Positions 17,269 through 26,717 of a DNA stretch of 32,425 nt are shown piece by piece. The translations under genes and the position numbers were made by a program. A model generated the notes under the pieces. The model made no database searches and was not told the origin of the DNA. It saw nothing but the letters and a program-made list of their open reading frames with translations. How positions within the stretch are numbered: position 1 is the first letter of the stretch; each line of letters starts with the position of its first letter. Origin of the DNA: Pseudomonadota bacterium (GTDB lineage: Bacteria > Desulfobacterota > Desulfobacteria > Desulfobacterales > JBDRRP01); contig JBDRRP010000092.1 of assembly GCA_043825735.1 (NCBI GenBank), positions 62,001 through 94,425 on the forward strand, written 5' to 3'.

Positions 17269-17667
17269 TCAGCCCAGTGTCAGTACGGTGAACTGGCTGG
17301 GGGCAAGCGACACGCCCGGGCAGTTGGTGTTGTTTTGCAGGGTCATGCTGGTCATCCTCGCGGCCGGCACGCCCTCTTTAAGGATGGTGAAGCTCCCCAC
17401 CAGGTTGTGCGTGGGTGACATGATCATCCCGGACATGACGCCTTCTCCGATGCCGGTGGTGTCGCCGATGCTGGTAGCCGTTTCGCTCATCAGGTTGCAG
17501 CTTGGCATGAAATCGGTGAGCACCGTCATGGCGGTGGTTGGTGGAACGGTGGTCGGTCCGAAAGAGATGTTGGGGTAGGGGATTGGCACGATGGCCGGGC
17601 CGACCGGTGTCAGGCAGACATCGGGAAACCCCATATTCATACCGCCGCCCATGGTGTTTTGAAACAT
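17269..17667 (-). CDS. DUF4150 PAAR-like protein, cassette B
   Basis: 132 aa, GFPDVCLTPVGPAIVPIPYPN; AAGGAGG RBS. Confidence 0.92.
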   Translation of the reverse strand: MFQNTMGGGMNMGFPDVCLTPVGPAIVPIPYPNISFGPTTVPPTTAMTVLTDFMPSCNLMSETATSIGDTTGIGEGVMSGMIMSPTHNLVGSFTILKEGVPAARMTSMTLQNNTNCPGVSLAPSQFTVLTLG

Positions 17668-17676
17668 GGCGCCTCC

Positions 17677-18324
17677 TTATCCGAGATGGACCTGCTCGGC
17701 GTCGATCTTGATATGCTGCTCGGCCAGGTGAATGGTGTTTTCGGTCTGGATGGTGAGCGTGCCGTCCACCAGCTGCCGGGATGATGCGGATTGCACTTCG
17801 TCGTGCCCTTCCACGTAGCGGAAGGCGGTTCCCAGTCGCTGGACCAGTCTTCTGAAGGTATGGTCGGCCGCCCGGGCCGCCACGGCGAGGGTGTCACAGA
17901 CCGCCGACACCGCATGTCCCGCGAACCGGAGTCTTCCGATATTGACACTGCCCTGTGCGGCGTCCGTTTGGAGGTGTGGCGCCGTCAGCCCGATCCCCAT
18001 AGCCGATGCCAGGTTGACTTCACCGGCGGCGGACAATGTCAGTCCGCCGCCGGCGGCGTTGATCCGCACATTACCGGGAAGATCCAGCGCGGTGTCTTTA
18101 CCGGCCCGCACCAGAACGGCCAGGATATACGCCGAGTCGATCCCCCTGCCGAGCAGAACCACATCGCCCGCAGCGGGCCGCACCAGACAGCTTGCCGCGC
18201 TAACAGCCGTTATGCCGCCATCGGGGGTGGCGACGGTGAAGTCCTTCCCATTGTCGCCCACGACTCGGGTTTCCATGAGCGACATTGCCGTTTCCGGTGA
18301 CATGTATGCGAGGTTGTGTTTCAT
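17677..18324 (-). CDS. DUF3540 protein, cassette B
   Basis: True start ATG 18324 (GGAGG RBS), 215 aa; SCLVRPAAGDVVLL...YILAVL, ends AEQVHLG. The ORF-track extension to 19182 overlaps the pentapeptide gene and is spurious. Confidence 0.88.
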   Translation of the reverse strand: MKHNLAYMSPETAMSLMETRVVGDNGKDFTVATPDGGITAVSAASCLVRPAAGDVVLLGRGIDSAYILAVLVRAGKDTALDLPGNVRINAAGGGLTLSAAGEVNLASAMGIGLTAPHLQTDAAQGSVNIGRLRFAGHAVSAVCDTLAVAARAADHTFRRLVQRLGTAFRYVEGHDEVQSASSRQLVDGTLTIQTENTIHLAEQHIKIDAEQVHLG

Positions 18325-18353
18325 TGTGCCTCCTGTGTGGCAGCCTATCCGTA

Positions 18354-19406
18354 TTAACTTTTCCCGTGGTCCTCGGCTGCGGCCAGTTCCTTGTCGGTAC
18401 CTTTTGCCAGACGCCGCGAGGAGCCGTCCCATCGGGTGTTCTTTTCGACAATGCGGTGAAGACGGGCCCAGTACAGATTGGCGCCCGACAGGTCCGCATC
18501 GGTTAAATCCGCATGGTGGAATTTGGCGTGGGTCAGGTTGCAGCCCGCCAGGAGCGCCCCCGTGAGGTCCGCTTCGTCGAACTGGGCCAGCTCCAGATTG
18601 GCGTCGGAGAAGTCGGTGCGATGGCAGACGGCTTTGCTGAAGCTGCCGCTGATCACGTGCGCATTCCGAAAATCGGCGTCGGTCAGATCCGCTTCGTAAA
18701 AAATGCCGGCGTAGGCAGAAACGCCTTTGAGCTTGGCCCTTTTGAGGCTGGCCCCCATGAAATTGGTCTGGGAGATGTCCGCACCGGTGAGGTCGCAGTC
18801 GTCGAGCCGCGAGCCGCCGAGCTGGCTCATGGTGATCTTTCCGCCGGCAAAATGCTGCCCGCTCAGGTTGCAGTCCCTCAAGATGGTCTTGTGCAGCGTC
18901 GCCCCCGAGAAGACGGCTCCGGTCAGGTCGGCTTCGAAGAAGACGCTCCGGTTGAGGTCCGCCTTGGTGAAATCGGCCTTTTGGCACGCCGCCTTGTACA
19001 GGACCGCCCTGAAGCAGTTGGCGCCCGAAAAGCGGGCGCCCGCAAGATCGGCATTGTCCATCACGGCGCGGGTTAGATCGGCGCCGCTGAGATTCGCGCC
19101 GGTCAGCTGCGCGTTCGAGAGCACGGCCTTTTCCAGCCTGGCGCCCGACAGGTCCACCCGGGGAAGCACCATGTTCCACCACAGCACACCGGTGAGATCG
19201 CAGCCGGCAAACCGGGCGCCGGTGAGATCGCAGTCGAGAAAGCCGGTTCGAACGACGTTCGCCCCGCTGAAATCGGCTTGCGCGAACACACAGTCCTGGA
19301 ACCGGGCGCCGGTGAGGTTCAGCCCGGACAGGTCCGCACCGGAGAAATCTTCCCCTTCGATGGTGTCGTCGCGGCCGATGGCCGCCATGAGATCATCCCT
19401 CGTCAT
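18354..19406 (-). CDS. Pentapeptide-repeat protein, cassette B
   Basis: 350 aa, MTRDDL..AI start and continuous pentapeptide repeats; paralogue of 10188-11249. Confidence 0.92.
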   Translation of the reverse strand: MTRDDLMAAIGRDDTIEGEDFSGADLSGLNLTGARFQDCVFAQADFSGANVVRTGFLDCDLTGARFAGCDLTGVLWWNMVLPRVDLSGARLEKAVLSNAQLTGANLSGADLTRAVMDNADLAGARFSGANCFRAVLYKAACQKADFTKADLNRSVFFEADLTGAVFSGATLHKTILRDCNLSGQHFAGGKITMSQLGGSRLDDCDLTGADISQTNFMGASLKRAKLKGVSAYAGIFYEADLTDADFRNAHVISGSFSKAVCHRTDFSDANLELAQFDEADLTGALLAGCNLTHAKFHHADLTDADLSGANLYWARLHRIVEKNTRWDGSSRRLAKGTDKELAAAEDHGKS

Positions 19407-22400
19407 CGATGAGACCCGTTCGTTCGTGGAGCAGCGTCTTGGTCAGGTTGGCGCCTTCGAAGCGGGTTTTACCGACCACCGCTTGGAAGAAATCGGTGCG
19501 GTAGCAATTGGCGTTTCGAAGATCGGCGCCGGTGATCCGTGATTTGCGCAGCCGCCCCTCCATGAGGTCGGCGCCGGACAGATCGGCGCCTTCCAGGTTG
19601 GCCCGGTGGATCGTGGCCTTTTTCGCGTTGACGCCCGGCATCCGGGCATTTTTCATGTCCGTATTGCGGATGTAGGCGCGCTCGAGGGTGCTACCTCTGA
19701 GATCGACGCCCGCCATGCCGGCATCCATGAAGCTCGACTTGGTGAGATCGCACCGGGTGAAATCGGCATCCTTGAAATTGGCGTTCTGGACGATGCGCAT
19801 GTTGTGAAGGTCCGACCCGCTGAAATCGGCGCCGGCCCCGCCGCCGCCGACATAGATGGTCCTGTGCTGACGCGTGCCTTTCATCGAGACGCCGCCAAGG
19901 GCGGCGTTCTTGAAAAGGGAGCGGTCGAGGGTCGCCTGGGTGAGCGTTGCGCCCGTGAAGTCGGCGTCCAGAAAATATCCGGGGCACGCGGTCGCGCCGG
20001 TCAGATCTGCATCGTTGAATGTCGCCTTCTCAAAAAGGGAGCGGGAGAGATCGGCTTTTTTGAGATTGGTCCCCGACATGTCGGCGCCCGCGAACACGCT
20101 GCCGGTGGCCCGGGCGTATTCGAGCTTTCCTTTTTTGAATACCGCCTTGCTCAGCATGGCTTTGTCGATGACGGCGCCGCTCAGGTCGGCCTCGGTGAAA
20201 TCCGTCCCTTCGGCGAGTGTTTTCTCGATTCGCGCGCCGCTGAGATTCGACCCCTTGAAACTGGCGCCTGAAATCATGGCTTCGGAAAGATCGATGCCGG
20301 GCAGATCGAGCCCTGAAAGATCGAGCCCCTGAAGGTTCTTCCCCTTGAACGGCCTGCCGTTGCCATGCCACGCGACGACCGCTTCCCGGGTCATGGGGGC
20401 CCTGTCGTCCGGGTCGATGCCGACTTTGGCCAGCAGCGCTTTGCTCTCGGCAGTAAACGGCCCTTTTTCCTTGAGCGCATTGATTTTACCAATTCCCTGG
20501 TCGTATAACGCGGCCCCCTGGTCGATAATGCTTTTCGACTGTGCCTCTAGCTTGTCCATGGCGGCCACGTGCTCCTCGACCGTGGCTTTTGGAACCCCCT
20601 TGGCCTCCGTCAGCGCCTTTTTCATCTGGGCGAATTTTTTGGACATATCCATCTTCTTGAACGGATTGCCCGACGTCGGCTTGGGGGTTTTGAAATCGAT
20701 ATCGGCATACTTGTCACCGTGTCCCAGGTCTTCCAGGGTTTTCTTTACAAGGGCCTTGCGTTCGGCGATCCGGCTATTGAGGGCAGCCACCTTCGGCTGG
20801 ATAACGGCGTCGACCGCCGCCTTGGTGTGGGCAACCAGCGCCTTTGCGTCCACCGCCGGAATGGCGATGCCGCCGGCGTCGGCAGCGATTTTTTCCGCCC
20901 TTGGGGCCATCCCCCATGCGGCATGATCGGCGGGGGTGGGAATGCGGTGCAGCGCCGCGGTAATCCAGGTCTCCAGGTCTTTTCCCTTTTGGTGGGACTG
21001 GAAGATGGGGACGGCGTCGGGCAGGGGCAGCCCCTCCGCCTGGGGATAGGCGGCCTGCCACGGTGCGAGTTCCCGGGCACGCGCCGCATCATCGCCTCCG
21101 TAAAGGGTGATGAGCAGTTGCGGCGCAGCCGCGATCGCCTTGCCGCCCTCGTCTCCCGGGTCCGCATCCGTGCCGCCCAGAGCGATGACGCCCACGTGGT
21201 CCCCGGCGTCCTGCCAGGCGATGGCCGCCTCCAGCGGATCGGCAACGCGCAGGACCGGCTTCTTCTCGGCCAGGCCCAACGCCAGCGGCGGCAGTTTCGA
21301 GCCCGGCACCACCACGTCGCTCGACGGGTCGGTGAACTCGCCGGTGCGGATGACGATGCCGATGATGTCGGCGCCCTTCCAGCGGGGCATGACCAGGCCG
21401 GCGGGGATGTGATCCGGGGTGCCCGGCGCCAGGGCGTCGGGGGGCATGTCCCAATGCACCGGCTCGAACGGCGCCGGCTCGGTGAGCAGGCCCAGGAGCG
21501 CCATGTCCCGCCCCACGGATCGCAGTCCCAGCCTGGCCAGTGCGGCCGTGGCATCCGGCGAGCGTCTCAGCCGCGCGGCGGCCTCTCCGGCGAGCGCCTG
21601 GGCGGCGGACGGCCACGATGGTCCGTCGTCCGGCACGGTCTCGCCAACGTGTCTGGGGAGGTCGATGCCTGCCTTGGCCGCCAGGGCGATGTTTTCCGGC
21701 GTGAGCACCCGCGCCTTGAGTTTCTTTTTCAGGCCGCCGGTTTTTTCCGCGGCTGCGGCGATCTTTTTTGCGGCGTCTTCCAGGCGTGATTTGGCCTGCT
21801 TCAACTTTTCCTGGGCCCCCGAAAAGGCGGCGGTGTCGATTTTGGCTAGGTGTCCGAATTTTTCCTTTGTCTCCGCGAGTCTTGCAGCGCCCTGCCCCAG
21901 GCGTTCGATGCCGGCGTCCATCTGGGCCTGGGCGTCCTTGATCACCGTGGCCGAAGACGGCGCGGCCTTGGGGTGTTTGCCGGCCATCTGCCCCAGCCGC
22001 ATGTCGAGCTGCTTGGGAATGTCGGCGATCTTCTTCATGGCTTCGCGAAGTTTCTGCTTGCCTTCTTCCAACTGGCTCAGATCTATGGACACCGTTCGGT
22101 CGAGTTTTTGCTGGAATTTCTCGAAATGCGCTTCGATGGCCGGCGGTGGTTTGCCCTCGGGATCGGTGGCGACGTACAGATGGGTGACGTCGTAGGCCTC
22201 GTCGTCGGCCGCGTGCACCGTCCCGTGTTGAACGAGGATTCCCCGCAGCAGGTGAGGAAACAGCCACAGGGTGTCTGCCTTGAGGGGCACTTCCCTGAAG
22301 GCCCGGGACGATTCGGGGTTCCAGGGTTCGTCCATCTGCCAGACAAAGGCGCGGTGGCGATAGCGCGGGACCCGGGTTTCGATGACGCTGCGCTCGGGGT

Positions 22401-23142
22401 GCAGGTGTGTCATGACGACGGGTTCACCGCCGGAGAAGAAATCGAAAAGCATCTGGTCCGGCAGCGCGGACTGGAAAATGGTCCAGTCCATGTCGTCGGG
22501 GAAATAGGGCCAGCGCTCGCGCTGCCAGCGTGCGCCGTAGGTGCCGGCCTTCTTTCGCCGGAAAGGATGATCCAGGGCGATGGGCAGCCATCCGGCAGGG
22601 GGTGGCCGGTCTCCCGGGGCCCCGATCAGTTTGCCGGGGGTTTCGATATTGGGCAGCGGGACAAAAGGCTCCCCCCCGACCGGAGGAACGGCGGCGATGC
22701 CGTGGCCCGCCGGATTTTCCGGAATGTCAGGTCCGCCGAACGCCCGCTCCCAGGTCAGCGGCAGGGTGGTGAAGGGTTCGGGATCCGTGATGACGCGAAC
22801 GCCGCCGCGGGTTTCCCACCGGCGCTCGCCGAACACGTGGAGGCGCTTTTCCACGTCGCCCACCCGGACCGCCACTTCCCGGGCCGGCACCGGCCCTTTT
22901 TCTCCGGCGCAGGCCTTGCCGCAGACGAGAAACTCGGCATGCTGCTTGGGCATGCCGGCGTCCAGGGCGGCGTTTTTCCCCAGGGCCTCAGCGGCCGTTT
23001 TCCACATGTCCTGCTCTTTCAGCGGGGCTTCCGGCGCGTCCAGGTTGAAGAACGTCAGGACCGCCACCGTCATGGCGTAGCGGTCCTGCACACCGTAGCT
23101 GGTGAAAAGAACGCCGTGTTCCTGTTCCTTGATGACTTTCAT
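19393..23142 (-). CDS. DUF2169 + helical/TOPRIM-like insert + pentapeptide-repeat protein, cassette B
   Basis: 1249 aa; same architecture and motifs as 11246-14941. Confidence 0.92.
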   Translation of the reverse strand: MKVIKEQEHGVLFTSYGVQDRYAMTVAVLTFFNLDAPEAPLKEQDMWKTAAEALGKNAALDAGMPKQHAEFLVCGKACAGEKGPVPAREVAVRVGDVEKRLHVFGERRWETRGGVRVITDPEPFTTLPLTWERAFGGPDIPENPAGHGIAAVPPVGGEPFVPLPNIETPGKLIGAPGDRPPPAGWLPIALDHPFRRKKAGTYGARWQRERWPYFPDDMDWTIFQSALPDQMLFDFFSGGEPVVMTHLHPERSVIETRVPRYRHRAFVWQMDEPWNPESSRAFREVPLKADTLWLFPHLLRGILVQHGTVHAADDEAYDVTHLYVATDPEGKPPPAIEAHFEKFQQKLDRTVSIDLSQLEEGKQKLREAMKKIADIPKQLDMRLGQMAGKHPKAAPSSATVIKDAQAQMDAGIERLGQGAARLAETKEKFGHLAKIDTAAFSGAQEKLKQAKSRLEDAAKKIAAAAEKTGGLKKKLKARVLTPENIALAAKAGIDLPRHVGETVPDDGPSWPSAAQALAGEAAARLRRSPDATAALARLGLRSVGRDMALLGLLTEPAPFEPVHWDMPPDALAPGTPDHIPAGLVMPRWKGADIIGIVIRTGEFTDPSSDVVVPGSKLPPLALGLAEKKPVLRVADPLEAAIAWQDAGDHVGVIALGGTDADPGDEGGKAIAAAPQLLITLYGGDDAARARELAPWQAAYPQAEGLPLPDAVPIFQSHQKGKDLETWITAALHRIPTPADHAAWGMAPRAEKIAADAGGIAIPAVDAKALVAHTKAAVDAVIQPKVAALNSRIAERKALVKKTLEDLGHGDKYADIDFKTPKPTSGNPFKKMDMSKKFAQMKKALTEAKGVPKATVEEHVAAMDKLEAQSKSIIDQGAALYDQGIGKINALKEKGPFTAESKALLAKVGIDPDDRAPMTREAVVAWHGNGRPFKGKNLQGLDLSGLDLPGIDLSEAMISGASFKGSNLSGARIEKTLAEGTDFTEADLSGAVIDKAMLSKAVFKKGKLEYARATGSVFAGADMSGTNLKKADLSRSLFEKATFNDADLTGATACPGYFLDADFTGATLTQATLDRSLFKNAALGGVSMKGTRQHRTIYVGGGGAGADFSGSDLHNMRIVQNANFKDADFTRCDLTKSSFMDAGMAGVDLRGSTLERAYIRNTDMKNARMPGVNAKKATIHRANLEGADLSGADLMEGRLRKSRITGADLRNANCYRTDFFQAVVGKTRFEGANLTKTLLHERTGLIDDEG

Positions 23143-23153
23143 TGCGATCGTGC

Positions 23154-25439
23154 CTACCCGTGAATGATCAGCGGGGCATCCTTCATTGCCATGCCGGCGC
23201 TGACGATAGAGGTGCCGGCCTGCGTGAGTCTGGTCCCGGAACTGGAGCTGGTGACCCCGCTGATCCCGATATGCGTCCCGGCTTGCATGAGAAGATTCCC
23301 GGCGGTCTTTATTTGGGAGCCATGGGCCTGAATGACGTTGCCATGGGCCTCGATCCTATCTGCGTGGGTCAAAATGACGTTGGCACAGGTCCGAATGGCG
23401 CTGCCATGGGCCTCGATGTCATCTGCGTTGGCCTTGATACTTTGTCCATGGACCTTAATGGCGCTGCCGTGGGCCTTGACGTCCTGGGCAACGGTTCTGA
23501 TTGTCTCCATTGCCGTCAACACCTGTGACTGGACTAACTTGAACGACTGTGCGGCCGCATGGGCCTCCTCCGCATGCGCCCTTTCGTGGCTTCCCCTGAG
23601 TGTAAATTCTTCCGGTCCGTAGGAGCCTTTTGCGGCCGCCTCAAGCGCCAGGCAAAGGGCGAGCGCGAGTTTGATCTCGACCCCGACGACCACATCGTTT
23701 TTGTTGCCGGCCACGAACTTCCCCTCTTCTCCCAGGATCATCTCGTTTTTCGCGCCGGCCTGGACTTCGAACCCTTTGGTCGTATACAGCTTGATACCCG
23801 CGGCGCCTTCCTTGCTCTGTTCCTCCTTCATCTCCTTGATCTCTTTTTCCATCCCTTCAATTTTCTCATGGTCGCTTTTTTTGTCCGGGTCGTTGGGGCT
23901 CCCAAGCCTTACGTAGGTTCCAGCTGTCGGGGTGTGGAGCAGGATGCGCTGGCTCCCCTCCCTGTCTTCCATGTGAATCCTGTTGCCCCCGGCCGTGGTG
24001 ATTTTGGCCATGGTCTGGTCGGCGCCGGTGACCGGGCTGGGAGTTTCCGGGTTGGGGGCGGCGCCGGCGATGACCGGCCGGTCCGGGTTGCCCTCGACAA
24101 AGGTGAGCATTACCTCGGCGTCCTTGTGCAGGGGAAAGTGCATGCCGTGGTCGCTGCCCGCGTAGGGCTGGATCATGCGCAGCCAGGTGGAGGCCTTGCC
24201 GTTCTTTCGCCCGCTCATGTCGAAGGGCAGTATCACTTTGTAGCGGCCCTGCTCGTCGAGCTCGGCGTATTTTCCGCTGCCGGCGGCGTCGATGCGGGCA
24301 TTGAGGGTGCCGGTGATCTTCGGCTGCGCGGCCTCCTTCTCCGGCCGGAACTGAACGCTCGCCGGTATGGCGGTAAACTGGTTGCGGTAGGCGACGGTCC
24401 GCTCCCGGTCCGAGAGACCCCGCTGGATGCCGGACACGAGGTAACCCGTTTGACTGCCGCTGTGGGTCATCTCGAGGGTCAGGTACTGCTGGTTGAATTC
24501 GCTTCGGTAGTGATCCTTGAGTTCGAAGGAAAACCCGGGGGAGACAAAGGGTGCGGTGCTTTCGCCGATGAATTCACGTTTTCGGCACAGCAGCGCCTGC
24601 GCGCGGATCTTGGCCAGACGGTTTCCTTCTTCCGGCGTTCTGAAATGTTCGCCGTAGACGAACCGTTCGCCGCGGCCGGTGGCGTCCACCTCGGCGGTGC
24701 CGATCATTTCCAGGCTGGGCTTGCGATAATTGTAGTCCTTGAGCAGCACCCGGCGGGGCAAAAGGTGCTGCCGGCAGACGAACCCCTGCATGGATTCCGC
24801 GGCCTCCAGGGTGTCCAACCCGCTGGGCGGGGAATAATTCACATGCGAACCGAAGCGGCTCTTTTTGTGGGCGATGATCGTGTCGGTGAAGACGATCCGC
24901 TCGCCACCGGCCATCTGCTCGAAAAAATAGTAGACCCCCTCCCGGGCAAGCCACCGCTCGATGAAGTCGAGGTGGCTTTCATCGTACTGGCACACGTATT
25001 CCTGGGGTGCGTACGTCCCCTGGAGGCGGAAATCGTAGTCCATCGATGTCAACCCGCCGTCTTTCAGTACCGCCGCAACGATATCCGGCACCGTCTTGCC
25101 CAGAAAGATCTGGTTGTGATGGGTCAGCGACAGCCACCACAGCCGGGGCACCAGCACGGCCCGGTAGAATACGTAACCATCCACGGCGTGCTGTTGTTCG
25201 AACGCGGTCAGGATGCCGCTGAAGGGGACGTCGTGGTGAGCTTCGCGGTGGATGACAAATTTGGCGTTGCCCGCCATTACAGCATCCAGATCGATGTCGG
25301 CATTTTCGGTGACCAGCCCGATGTCGAACCGGTAAGTTCGGGAAAGGCCCTCTTCACCGCTGAAATCGATGACCGCAAAGGTGTCTTTGGGCAGAGCGCT
25401 CGCCGTGAAAGAGTACTTTCGTTCAGATAGATAGCTCAT
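23154..25439 (-). CDS. vgrG: VgrG/TssI spike protein, cassette B, with His-rich heptad tail
   Basis: 761 aa; VgrG core motifs closely similar to vgrG-A; GAGGA RBS. Confidence 0.95.
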   Translation of the reverse strand: MSYLSERKYSFTASALPKDTFAVIDFSGEEGLSRTYRFDIGLVTENADIDLDAVMAGNAKFVIHREAHHDVPFSGILTAFEQQHAVDGYVFYRAVLVPRLWWLSLTHHNQIFLGKTVPDIVAAVLKDGGLTSMDYDFRLQGTYAPQEYVCQYDESHLDFIERWLAREGVYYFFEQMAGGERIVFTDTIIAHKKSRFGSHVNYSPPSGLDTLEAAESMQGFVCRQHLLPRRVLLKDYNYRKPSLEMIGTAEVDATGRGERFVYGEHFRTPEEGNRLAKIRAQALLCRKREFIGESTAPFVSPGFSFELKDHYRSEFNQQYLTLEMTHSGSQTGYLVSGIQRGLSDRERTVAYRNQFTAIPASVQFRPEKEAAQPKITGTLNARIDAAGSGKYAELDEQGRYKVILPFDMSGRKNGKASTWLRMIQPYAGSDHGMHFPLHKDAEVMLTFVEGNPDRPVIAGAAPNPETPSPVTGADQTMAKITTAGGNRIHMEDREGSQRILLHTPTAGTYVRLGSPNDPDKKSDHEKIEGMEKEIKEMKEEQSKEGAAGIKLYTTKGFEVQAGAKNEMILGEEGKFVAGNKNDVVVGVEIKLALALCLALEAAAKGSYGPEEFTLRGSHERAHAEEAHAAAQSFKLVQSQVLTAMETIRTVAQDVKAHGSAIKVHGQSIKANADDIEAHGSAIRTCANVILTHADRIEAHGNVIQAHGSQIKTAGNLLMQAGTHIGISGVTSSSSGTRLTQAGTSIVSAGMAMKDAPLIIHG

Positions 25440-25613
25440 GGCACTATCCTCATTTGTTCATGTTACCTGCAGAAAACCATCGGCGGCTGTTTGCTGTCAT
25501 TTCGGTCGGCAGAGACAGATAGTATCACGACAGCCATCAAAAAACGAAGTGAATCCCAGGGCCGTGGCAACGGGACGTTTTGAGGTGCGTGATTTCCCGG
25601 CTCCGGGTGTCCG

Positions 25614-26018
25614 CTATCCCAGGACGAGCACGGTGACCTGGCTCGGAGCGAGACTCACACCAGGGCAGTTCATGCTGAGCCCATTATGGCCGGTGATGCT
25701 GGTCATGCGCTGGGCCGGTGCGCCTTCCTTGAGCACGGTGATGCTGCCCAGAATGTGCTCCTGGGGTCCCATCACCAGCCCCGAGGCCACGCCCATGTTG
25801 AGGCCCGGCGTGTCTCCCATACTGATGAGCGTGTCGGACATCTGGTTGAGCGACGGCATGCAGTCGGTCAGCACGGTGAGCGCCGAGGTCAGCGGGTTGA
25901 CCGTGGCCCCTGTGGACATGTTGGGGTAGGGGATCGGGATGGGGCCCACCGGCGTGGGGGTGAGGCACACATCCGGAAACCCGAGACTCATGCCGCCGGC
26001 CATGGTTGATTGAAACAT
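25614..26018 (-). CDS. DUF4150 PAAR-like protein, cassette C
   Basis: 134 aa, GFPDVCLTPTPVGPIPIPYPN; AAGGAGG RBS. Confidence 0.92.
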   Translation of the reverse strand: MFQSTMAGGMSLGFPDVCLTPTPVGPIPIPYPNMSTGATVNPLTSALTVLTDCMPSLNQMSDTLISMGDTPGLNMGVASGLVMGPQEHILGSITVLKEGAPAQRMTSITGHNGLSMNCPGVSLAPSQVTVLVLG

Positions 26019-26038
26019 GTTGCCTCCTTAATTCATGG

Positions 26039-26695
26039 TTAGCCGAGGTGAATCTGCTCGGCATCGATTTTGATGTGGCCTTCGGCCGTATGCAGGGTGG
26101 TCTGGGTCTGCAGGGTGAGCGTGCCGTCCACCAGCATCCGGGTCGACGCGGACTGGATTTCCTCGTGTTCTTCCACGTAGCGGTAGCTGGTCGTCATCCG
26201 CTGGACCGACCGGCGGAATATGGCGTCCACGGCATGGGCCACCATCTTTACCCGTTTGATCTGGCTCGTGAGTGCTTTTCCCAGAAAGGACAGCGTGCCG
26301 ATGCGGACTTCTCCCGTGTCGGCGCTGATATCGATTCCTGCCGTTGCCAGCGTGATCCTACGGCGCGCGGTCATGGTGACATCGGTCTCAGCGGCCACGG
26401 AGAATCCGCCGCGTTTTACGTCCACAGACACCGGGCCGTCAAAGCCGAGGGTGACGCCCTGCTGGCTGCCGCCGGGTCTGTCGATAACGGCCAGGATATG
26501 GCTGGCGCCGCCGGTATCCTGTGACAGGAGTACCCGGTCCCCGGGCTCCGGCGCGACCACGCAGCTCAGCGCCAGCAGGGCGGTGCACGGCCCGGTGGGC
26601 GTGATGGCGGTGTAGTCTTCTTCGCATTTTGCCGTCACGCGGCCGTAGGCCAGGCTCGGCCAGATGTCTTCTGTTTTCAATGCCAGGTTTTCCAT
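26039..26695 (-). CDS. DUF3540 protein, cassette C
   Basis: 218 aa; SCVVAPEPGDRVLL...HILAVI, ends AEQIHLG; AGGAG RBS. Confidence 0.9.
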   Translation of the reverse strand: MENLALKTEDIWPSLAYGRVTAKCEEDYTAITPTGPCTALLALSCVVAPEPGDRVLLSQDTGGASHILAVIDRPGGSQQGVTLGFDGPVSVDVKRGGFSVAAETDVTMTARRRITLATAGIDISADTGEVRIGTLSFLGKALTSQIKRVKMVAHAVDAIFRRSVQRMTTSYRYVEEHEEIQSASTRMLVDGTLTLQTQTTLHTAEGHIKIDAEQIHLG

Positions 26696-26717
26696 ATCTC
26701 CTCCTGATGGATGCGAT

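Noticed and set aside
18325..19182. 501-aa version of DUF3540-B with a long N-terminal extension
   Set aside because: The extension is an alternative frame of the pentapeptide gene; paralogues and the RBS place the start at 18324.
23559..25430. 623-aa plus-strand ORF (also 10956-12476, 20569-21789, 21850-23163, 26664-27836)
   Set aside because: Antisense shadows of GC-rich real genes, with no recognisable motifs.
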